From: Treponema primitia ZAS-1
GTDB lineage: Bacteria; Spirochaetota; Spirochaetia; Treponematales; Breznakiellaceae
Direction of reading: 5' to 3'
Length of the DNA stretch: 28,796 bases
Assembly (NCBI RefSeq): GCF_000297095.1
Contig: NZ_AEEA01000039.1
Coordinates: forward strand, 1 to 28,796
The notes below the pieces were generated by a model that ran no database searches, was not told where the DNA came from, and saw only the letters and a program-made list of their open reading frames with translations. Below are positions 15,861 to 22,736 of this stretch, piece after piece; position 1 is the stretch's first letter, and each line of letters begins with the position of its first letter. A program made the translations under genes and the position numbers.

Positions 15861-15889
15861 ATGATAAGATTGTGAAGCTTTGTTGTCAA
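15861..15889 (-). promoter_or_regulatory. Sigma70-like promoter for selC
   Basis: On the minus strand: TTGACA (15884-15889), 17-nt spacer, TATCAT (15861-15866). The -10 ends 8 nt before the mature tRNA 5' end. Confidence 0.6.
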
Positions 15890-15975
15890 TCACGGCGGTG
15901 GAAACTACGGATCGGAGCTCGGAAACCCTTTTTCGGGATATTAAACCGGGTATATTAATTTTTTTTGGAAAATGC

Positions 15976-16004
15976 TTGACTCTTTTTTCGCAGGCCGCTA
16001 CTAT
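15976..16004 (+). promoter_or_regulatory. Sigma70-like promoter for the permease gene
   Basis: TTGACT (15976-15981), 17-nt spacer, TACTAT (15999-16004). It is divergent from the selC promoter. Confidence 0.5.
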
Positions 16005-16013
16005 TATTTTATC

Positions 16014-16031
16014 ATACTATTTATATAGTAT
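16014..16031. promoter_or_regulatory. Candidate operator palindrome just downstream of the permease promoter
   Basis: ATACTAT-TTAT-ATAGTAT: 7-bp inverted repeat with a 4-bp spacer, positioned around the expected transcription start. Confidence 0.35.
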
Positions 16032-16094
16032 TTATAGGATACTTGCTTAAAAAGCGCTTGCATTATGGGCGGTTATATGCTGCAGGAGGGTTTT

Positions 16095-17264
16095 ATGAAA
16101 AAAAGCGCTATGTTTTTACTCTGGGTTGGGGCGGCAATTTCCGTTTCGGAAATATTTACCGGGGGCCTGCTTGCTCCCTTGGGTTTTGTCCAAGGGCTGA
16201 TTGTAATAATTATCGGACATATAATCGGAACAGCGCTTTTTGCGGGGGGCGCTTATGTTTCTTATTGCCGGAAAGTTAATGCCATGGACAGCGTGGCTTT
16301 TTCTTTTGGTAAACTCGGAGGAAAATTAGTCGCCCTGTGTAATTTGGTACAACTTGTGGGCTGGATTATCATTTTAGTTGTACAGGCAGGGGGCGCTATT
16401 GCCGGTGTATTTCCTAATCTGCCTTTCTGGACAGTAACACTGACGCTGTCTATACTTCAAATAGTATGGGCTGTGATTTTTGGTACTCCGGGAGGCCGCA
16501 TAAACGATATAGCGGTTGTTCTCTTGGCAGGACTTTGTGTTTTATTTCTCGTTGAATCATTTGGATACAACGCCGGATCCTTATCCATTTCAACTAACAT
16601 GAGCATAATGTTAGGAATAGAATTGTCCATAGCCATGCCGGTTTCCTGGCTGCCATTGGTGGGAGACTATTCCTGCAAAGCAAATGACAAAATTGGCGCT
16701 ACGCTAATGCCCTTTCTTGGATATTTTTTGGGGAGTTGCTTTATGTATATCATTGGGCTTTCCATTGCGGTTTCAAGCGGGAATGATATTTTCGCTTTTA
16801 TCGCATCAAGCAGGTTTCGATATGTCGCCTGTGGTATAGTTTTATTGTCTACCATAACCACCAACTTTGTCGCTATTTATTCCGCAGCGGTTTCATCAAC
16901 ACAATGGATAAAAATCAAAAACATCAGGACATCAATTCTGATGGTTGGGATATTTACACTGGTTGTTTCTGTGTTTTTTCCGGTCAGCCGCTTTGAGTTA
17001 ATTCTGGAGAAATTCCTTACCTCTATCACCATGGTATTTGTGCCGATATTTACGCTTATTTTGCTTGAGTTCTTCATGAAAAAACAAACGACTGAAAAAC
17101 ACAATAATTGGGGGCAGTTGTTTATTGTGCTTATCGGCATAGCCGGTAATTGGCTGTTTAATAAATACGGTATTTTTATCCCCACGGTTATGACCATCCT
17201 GTTGGTTTCAACTTTATTTGTCATTAAATATATTATTGGTGGAAATAAAGCATGGAGAAAATGA
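16095..17264 (+). CDS. Polytopic membrane permease, NCS1 / CytX-like (family assignment tentative)
   Basis: About 390 aa, highly hydrophobic, roughly 11-12 predicted helices. The N-terminus LWVGAAISVSEIFTGG resembles purine-cytosine/CytX permeases from memory. AGGAGG lies 6 nt before the ATG at 16095. The gene is visibly more AT-rich than its neighbours. Confidence 0.6.
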   Translation: MKKSAMFLLWVGAAISVSEIFTGGLLAPLGFVQGLIVIIIGHIIGTALFAGGAYVSYCRKVNAMDSVAFSFGKLGGKLVALCNLVQLVGWIIILVVQAGGAIAGVFPNLPFWTVTLTLSILQIVWAVIFGTPGGRINDIAVVLLAGLCVLFLVESFGYNAGSLSISTNMSIMLGIELSIAMPVSWLPLVGDYSCKANDKIGATLMPFLGYFLGSCFMYIIGLSIAVSSGNDIFAFIASSRFRYVACGIVLLSTITTNFVAIYSAAVSSTQWIKIKNIRTSILMVGIFTLVVSVFFPVSRFELILEKFLTSITMVFVPIFTLILLEFFMKKQTTEKHNNWGQLFIVLIGIAGNWLFNKYGIFIPTVMTILLVSTLFVIKYIIGGNKAWRK

Positions 17265-17419
17265 TATCGGAAAAATGGCGCCTAACAAGATTGTCGATTT
17301 AAGCAAGTATATCATTTAGGCGCATATACCCGTATCTGACCGGATACGTCCTATGATTTGGGCAGATTCACCCGCCTCATGCCCTCCATTGCCTGTAGCG
17401 CGTTCCGCGTAAAAAACAC

Positions 17420-17448
17420 TTGAGTTTTTCCAGTTCCCATAGTATTCT
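17420..17448 (+). promoter_or_regulatory. Candidate promoter for fdhF(Sec)
   Basis: TTGAGT (17420-17425), 17-nt spacer, TATTCT (17443-17448), 40 nt upstream of the ATG. Confidence 0.4.
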
Positions 17449-17488
17449 GTTAAGTATAAAAGCGTTAAACCTCATAGGAGGAGAAGAA

Positions 17489-19681
17489 ATGGCGGTAAAA
17501 GAAATCCAGACCACCTGTGCGTACTGCGGAGCGGGGTGCCAGCTATTGTTTACGGTAGACCAGGATGTGAACAAGATCCTTGATGTGCATCCTGTTCAGG
17601 GCAGAACCAACGAAGGCACGGCCTGTTTGAAAGGCTGGTACGGGTGGGATTACCTCAATGACCCCCAGATTATCTCTAAAAGGCTCGCCAAGCCCATGAT
17701 TCGCAAGGGCGGTAAAAATAGTCCCCTGGAAGAGGTAGAATGGGACGAAGCCATTGCCTATACGGCGGGCCGGCTCATGGAAATTAAGGAAAAATACGGC
17801 CCCAACGCCATCATGGGCACCGGTTCGGCCCGGGGCTCGGGCAACGAGTCCAACTATATCATGCAGAAATTTATGCGCGCAGCGGTGGGCACCAACAATG
17901 TCGACCACTGCGCGCGGATATGACACGCTCCTTCTGTAGCGGGTCTACAGTATTCACTAGGTTCAGGCGCCATGACCATGGGAGTGCCTGAAATAGAAGA
18001 TGCAGCTCTTTTGTTTGTTTTCGGCTATAACGGCGCTGATTCTCACCCCATAGTCGCTCGCCGCATTGTGCGCGCCAAGGAAAAGGGCGCCAAGATAATC
18101 TGCGTCGATCCCCGGATCATAGAGACCGCCCGTATTGCGGACATGCATCTCCAGCTTAAAGGCGGCTCAAACCTGCTGCTGGTCAACGCTCTGGCCAATG
18201 TTATCTTGGAAGAAGGGCTCTGTGATTATGACTTTATCGAAAAACACGCCAATGGATTCGACGAGTTTAAGGAAATTGTAAAGAAATATACCCCCGAAGG
18301 CGTGGCTGCCCAGACCCAGATCTCCGCCGAGGATATCAGAAAGGCCGCCCGGATGTATGCCGCCAGCGGACGTTCCATGATCCTGTACGGCATGGGGGTC
18401 TGCCAGTTCGGGCAGGCCGTGGACGTGGTCAAGGGTTTGGCCAACCTGGCCATCATGACCGGCAACCTGGGCCGTCCCTCCACGGGCATCGGCCCGGTGC
18501 GGGGCCAGAACAACGTGCAGGGCGCCTGCGATATGGGGGCCTTGCCCAATGTCTATCCGGGCTACCAGAGCGTCACCGTCCCGGCGATACAGGAAAAATT
18601 CGAAAAAGCCTGGGGGGTCAAACTGTCCGATAAGCCTGGCATTACCCTGACCGTGGTGCCCCACCATGTGCTGCACGAAACCGACCCTGCAAAACAGATC
18701 CACGCCTATTACATAATGGGGGAGGACCCGGTCCAATCCGACCCGGATTCGACGGAAGTGCGGGAGTCTCTGGAGAAATGCGACTTCGTGGTTATGCAGG
18801 ACATTTATATGAACAAAACCGGCCAGTACGCCGATGTTCTTCTGCCGGCCACGGGCTGGTGCGAGCATGACTCGGTTTTCTCCTGCTGCGACCGGGGCTT
18901 TCAGAAGGCCCGCAAGGTCATCGAGCCTTCGGGGGATGTGAAGAACGACTGGGAAATCATCAGCCTGATTTCTACGGCCATGGGCTACCCCATGAAGTAT
19001 AACAACACCGTAGAAATCTGGAACGAGCTGATCGAACTCTGCCCCAGTTTCGCCGGCGCCACCGACGAGAAGCTTGAAAGGAACCTCTCCATCCAGTGGC
19101 CCTGCCGGGACAAGGCAGCGAGCGATTTGGGTACGGTCTACCTGCACAGGGGCGGCAAATTCGCCAACGCCGACGGCAAGGCCAACTTTTTCGCCACCGA
19201 ATGGCGGCCGCCTCAGGAAGTGGAAAACAAAGAGTATCCCCTCACCCTGTGTACGGTCCGCGAAGTGGGCCACTATTCGGTGCGCACCATGACCGGTAAC
19301 TGCCGGACCCTCCGCAACCTTGAGGATGAGCCGGGCTGGGTACAGATTTCGGCGAGGGATGCGGAAAAGCTTGGCATAAAACACCAAGAGCTTGTCAGGA
19401 TAAGCTCAAAACGCGGCTCCGTTATTACCCGGGCCAATATTACCTCCCGGGTCAAGAAGGGCGCCGTGTACATGACCTACCAGTGGTGGGTCGGCGCCTG
19501 TAACGAACTGACGAATAGTTCCCTTGACCCCATAAGCAAGACCCCGGAGTACAAGTACTGCGCCTGCAAGGTGGAAAGGCTTCCGGATCAAAAAGCGGCC
19601 TGGGACGCGGTGAACAAGACCTTGGCGGATTTGAGAAACAAGATGTTCATCAGCGTTGAACGGGAGGGTGTCTCGGGGTAA
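17489..19681 (+). CDS. fdhF: Formate dehydrogenase H catalytic subunit, selenocysteine variant (UGA at 17921-17923 decoded as Sec)
   Basis: ORFs 17420-17923 and 17972-19681 share one frame and are separated only by a single TGA. Read through, the sequence is HCARI-U-HAPSVAGLQYSLGSGAMTMGVPEIEDA, colinear with HCARICHAASVAG... of the paralog at 1198. The N-terminus MAVKEIQTTCAYCGAGCQ follows GGAGGAG. Confidence 0.92.
17921..17923 (+). other. In-frame UGA selenocysteine codon of fdhF(Sec)
   Basis: It aligns with the catalytic Cys codon (TGC, 1639-1641) of the paralog. The full sel machinery is encoded within 10 kb. Confidence 0.9.
17934..17950 (+). promoter_or_regulatory. Bacterial SECIS-like hairpin
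   Basis: CTGTAG-CGGGT-CTACAG: 6-bp stem and 5-nt G/U-containing loop, beginning 10 nt after the UGA. This is the usual position for a bacterial SECIS. Confidence 0.7.
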
Positions 19682-19703
19682 GCGGTTTTGTAAAACCAAA
19701 CCA

Positions 19704-19732
19704 TTGACCCGTTCCGGCTCAGTCGGTACGAT
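19704..19732 (+). promoter_or_regulatory. Candidate promoter in front of the MoxR-like gene
   Basis: TTGACC (19704-19709), 17-nt spacer, TACGAT (19727-19732). The -10 ends only 8 nt before the ATG at 19741, implying a leaderless or near-leaderless transcript if it is used. Confidence 0.3.
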
Positions 19733-19740
19733 ATGGGGTA

Positions 19741-21174
19741 ATGAAGGGCCTTAACCGGATCCGTGACCGGATCGAAATAGCCATCGAGATTACCAGGGAC
19801 AGTAAGGTTCCCATCCTTTTGATGGCAAACCCGGGACTGGCCAAATCAACGGTGGTGTACAACTGGGCCGGACGCAACGGCTACCATATTGAAACCCTTA
19901 TCGGCTCCCGGTTTTCCCAGGAGGAGATCCTGGGTTTTCAGGTCAGGGCGGAGGACCGTGAAACCGGGGAGCACTATCTGGAACTTCTGGCCCCCCACTG
20001 GTACCGGAACATCCTGGATCAGGAAAATAACTTTCATGTGCCGTCGGTGCTGTTCCTGGACGAGCTGAGTACCGCCCAGGAAAATGTTCAAGGGGCTCTG
20101 CTGCAGTTGGTCTTTGAGCGGAAAATCGGAAACGGCCGGACCCTGCCCGAATCGACCCTGGTTATCGCCGCGGCAAACTACAAGCAGAATATCCCCTTTC
20201 AGTTCAATATCATGGCCCCCATCCTCAACCGTTTTTGTATCATCAACCTGTCCTACGAAAGCAACGATAGTTTTCTTGACGAGTTTCTCCAGGATGAAGC
20301 GGACCTTGCGAAGGACCCCGTGGTCTTTGCGGAAAAAGAAATTACGCTCTGGCAGAAAAACTACCTCCGGGACGGATTGAAGATGATGTTCAGGACTCTT
20401 TTCCGTTCCTTTGAGGAGGATAACCGGGATATGGATAAGGACCTTATCTACACCATGGACATCAATAATCAGGTCTACAATACCATGTACGATGACGACT
20501 CCCGGTATGTATACAACTTTATTTCCGGCCGTACCCTCTGGTATCTCTACAAGATAAGCCTGTCCTTCCTCCGCAAAGGCCTGACCTTGGAGGCGCACGA
20601 TGCTGCCATACTTAACATGGTCTATGGCCTCATCGGCCTTGGAACCAACACCTTTACTGAAAAACAACGCAAGGCGTATCTAAAGAGCGCAGAAACCCTG
20701 TACCGGCGGCTCTACGATGTCCTATCCTCCCGGAATGACACCGGAACGACCACGGCTGCCGGTGAAGCTCAGCGCGCATCCCTGGACTTCCGGGGCAAGA
20801 GCATAGCGGACGCCGTCAACGAATGGGTTCTCTTTCATGAATCTTCGATGCTCCACGACATCAAGGATCCGAACCTGGAAGCCCTGACTATCCACATCAG
20901 CGCATCCTATGGCCTTAACGCCGAAGACACCGAGCGTCTCCGCCAGAAGATCACCCATAACAAGGCGGATCTCTACACCTTTTCCAACGATATGCAGCGC
21001 CTGGACTACCTCATCGGTATCCTCGAGGAGGAACAGAATCTTTCGGAAAACGCTAAGGATACGCAAGAGAAGAACCGTGAAGGCGATCCCCTTAACCGGC
21101 TCCGCGGAATCCGTGAGGCTTATGCGGAACTTCGTGACGAAGCGGTGAAGCTTATGATGAAGAACACGGGGTAA
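19741..21174 (+). CDS. MoxR/AAA_5-like AAA+ ATPase with a ~290-aa helical C-terminal extension of unknown function
   Basis: P-loop-like LLMANPGLAKST, Walker B VLFLDELS, sensor-1 VIAAAN, and PILNRF (the MoxR-type xLLxRF arginine). I do not recognise the C-terminal half. Confidence 0.7.
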   Translation: MKGLNRIRDRIEIAIEITRDSKVPILLMANPGLAKSTVVYNWAGRNGYHIETLIGSRFSQEEILGFQVRAEDRETGEHYLELLAPHWYRNILDQENNFHVPSVLFLDELSTAQENVQGALLQLVFERKIGNGRTLPESTLVIAAANYKQNIPFQFNIMAPILNRFCIINLSYESNDSFLDEFLQDEADLAKDPVVFAEKEITLWQKNYLRDGLKMMFRTLFRSFEEDNRDMDKDLIYTMDINNQVYNTMYDDDSRYVYNFISGRTLWYLYKISLSFLRKGLTLEAHDAAILNMVYGLIGLGTNTFTEKQRKAYLKSAETLYRRLYDVLSSRNDTGTTTAAGEAQRASLDFRGKSIADAVNEWVLFHESSMLHDIKDPNLEALTIHISASYGLNAEDTERLRQKITHNKADLYTFSNDMQRLDYLIGILEEEQNLSENAKDTQEKNREGDPLNRLRGIREAYAELRDEAVKLMMKNTG

Positions 21175-21185
21175 AGGACTAAGCC

Positions 21186-22649
21186 TTGCCGGAAAATGGA
21201 GATTGGGAGCCTGCCCAATACCGGGTAACAAACAAACTGCTGGAACGGCTTAATATCCGCATCAGTTATATTGACGTCCCTGGGATAAAGGGGGCGCCGC
21301 TAAGTTTTTCCTACCGGGCCATGCGGGGTGAGTACTGTATCTACATTGACCGGAAAGCAGATAGGCCGACTTTTATGGCCCGGGATCTCCACGAGAAAGG
21401 GCATATCCTCTACAACCACTTTAACCGGCCCAGGGCGCACCGCCAGCAGTTTGAAGAATTTTTCCGGCGCAACCTCCACAGTTTTCTTGCGCGCCTTCCT
21501 CCGGAGCGGAACTTAAACTCCAAGCTGGGTACCTATTCTACGTATATCTACAACCGTTTTTCTGACATAGCCCAGGCCATGGAGATAAATACCAAGCTTT
21601 TCAAAGAGGATCGTAAGGTGTTGCAAGTTGCGCGGGAAACTTCGCTGCAAAATACGCCCGGCGGTCCTCTGGAGGGATTCATCTTCCCCCGGGAGACGTG
21701 GCCCGAGGGACTGGACTGGATGAGCTATATGAGCTTCCTCTGCACCGAGCTGAACTTCTTTCTGGACCATATAGGGGACGGGCCGGGCAAAAAAATTAAG
21801 TCGAGCGACGTCAGCGCCTATAACGCCATGCAGGCCGTTGAACGGCGTATACAGGATATCCAGGAAACCCGAAAGACCGCTGCGGATGCGGACAGCAACG
21901 CCGCCTACGAACCGGAAGTCATCAGGCACGGCAGGACCGATAATTATACCGATACCAAGACGGTCAACACCGTTACGGAATTAAACGATGTTAAGGACCT
22001 GGTACGAATACTGCGGGAACGGAGCCTCCTCCTTAAGCGGAACCGGCTCCACACGGACATTCTCTATAATATTAACCGTAATCGGTTTGGGGATATCCTC
22101 ATCCCCCGGCGTTACCGCATTGAAAACTACAACCTGAACAACCTGTGTATACTGCTGGATGTGTCCGGCAGCGTTCCTCCGGGCTTTGTTAAGCGGGTTA
22201 TCCAAACCATTATGCGTGCCGAAGGAGCCTTTTACAAAGGCGCCTTTAACAAACACCTGAGCCGCCTGGTCTGCTGGTCCGACAGCCTTTGTTCCGATAC
22301 CTCCTTGGCGGACATTGGCGCCATAACCTTAGGCGGGGGTACCGTGTTGGGTGCAGGTATCGAATACTGTAAACAGTACCTCAACGAGCGGTCCAGTTTC
22401 TTTATCATCAGCGATTTCCAGGATGACCTTAACGACTGGATCAGCGCCGCCCGAGACCTGGGCTGCCAAAAAACCGCCGTGGGATACGGCCGATTTGGCC
22501 GGGATACCTCGTTTGAACGGTGGTTTTCCGCCATAGGTTCCAATGCGGACTACCGTAAGAACCCCGTGGACATACGACGTTTTGTGTCGGTGTTTAACAC
22601 GGTGCTGCTGCGGGATGATGTGGTACAGCGGGAGGGCTTGACCGGGTAA
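21186..22649 (+). CDS. Putative zinc metallopeptidase (HExxH) fused to a C-terminal von Willebrand factor A domain
   Basis: The N-domain carries DLHEKGHILYNH. The C-domain has MIDAS-type residues ILLDVSGSV (DxSxS), LGGGTV and FIISDFQDD. A TTG start lies 11 nt after the upstream stop, preceded by AGGA. The architecture resembles Pfam DUF2201_N + DUF2201 from memory. Confidence 0.7.
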   Translation: MPENGDWEPAQYRVTNKLLERLNIRISYIDVPGIKGAPLSFSYRAMRGEYCIYIDRKADRPTFMARDLHEKGHILYNHFNRPRAHRQQFEEFFRRNLHSFLARLPPERNLNSKLGTYSTYIYNRFSDIAQAMEINTKLFKEDRKVLQVARETSLQNTPGGPLEGFIFPRETWPEGLDWMSYMSFLCTELNFFLDHIGDGPGKKIKSSDVSAYNAMQAVERRIQDIQETRKTAADADSNAAYEPEVIRHGRTDNYTDTKTVNTVTELNDVKDLVRILRERSLLLKRNRLHTDILYNINRNRFGDILIPRRYRIENYNLNNLCILLDVSGSVPPGFVKRVIQTIMRAEGAFYKGAFNKHLSRLVCWSDSLCSDTSLADIGAITLGGGTVLGAGIEYCKQYLNERSSFFIISDFQDDLNDWISAARDLGCQKTAVGYGRFGRDTSFERWFSAIGSNADYRKNPVDIRRFVSVFNTVLLRDDVVQREGLTG

Positions 22650-22661
22650 GGTAAATTGTTT

Positions 22662-22723
22662 ATACTTTAGTGTATTACGATACAGTGTAATATGATACAC
22701 TATATCATATTACACTAAAGTAT
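22662..22723. repeat. 62-bp imperfect palindrome carrying four AGTGTA/TACACT half-sites
   Basis: Symmetric about 22692/22693. Outer arms are ATACTTTAGTGTA (22662-22674) / TACACTAAAGTAT (22711-22723). Inner arms are AGTGTAATATGAT (22684-22696) / ATCATATTACACT (22704-22716). About 26 of 31 positions pair overall. It lies 13 nt upstream of the ATPase ATG. Confidence 0.9.
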
Positions 22724-22736
22724 CCGGAGGCGTAGG

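Noticed and set aside
15708-15893. N-terminal 62 codons of the listed minus-strand ORF 15420-15893.
   Set aside because: This part runs straight through the tRNA-Sec gene and its promoter and has no protein-like features. The DUF3343-like sequence begins at the internal ATG at 15705-15707.
15894-16094. TPP (thiamine) riboswitch upstream of the CytX-like permease.
   Set aside because: I could not find the conserved CUGAGA or ACCUGAUCUGGAUAAUGCCAGCG-type boxes on either strand. The region holds only a promoter and a short palindrome.
17420-19681. Reading the two ORFs 17420-17923 and 17972-19681 as a disrupted or pseudogenised formate dehydrogenase, or as two separate genes.
   Set aside because: They share one frame and have a single TGA exactly at the catalytic Sec/Cys position. 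The sequence between the ORFs is conserved, a SECIS-like hairpin follows, and selABCD lie nearby. Selenocysteine recoding explains it.
19682-19700. GGTTTT-GT-AAAACC palindrome right after the fdhF(Sec) stop as an intrinsic terminator.
   Set aside because: A 2-nt loop is sterically implausible and no T-run follows, so I cannot support a terminator call.
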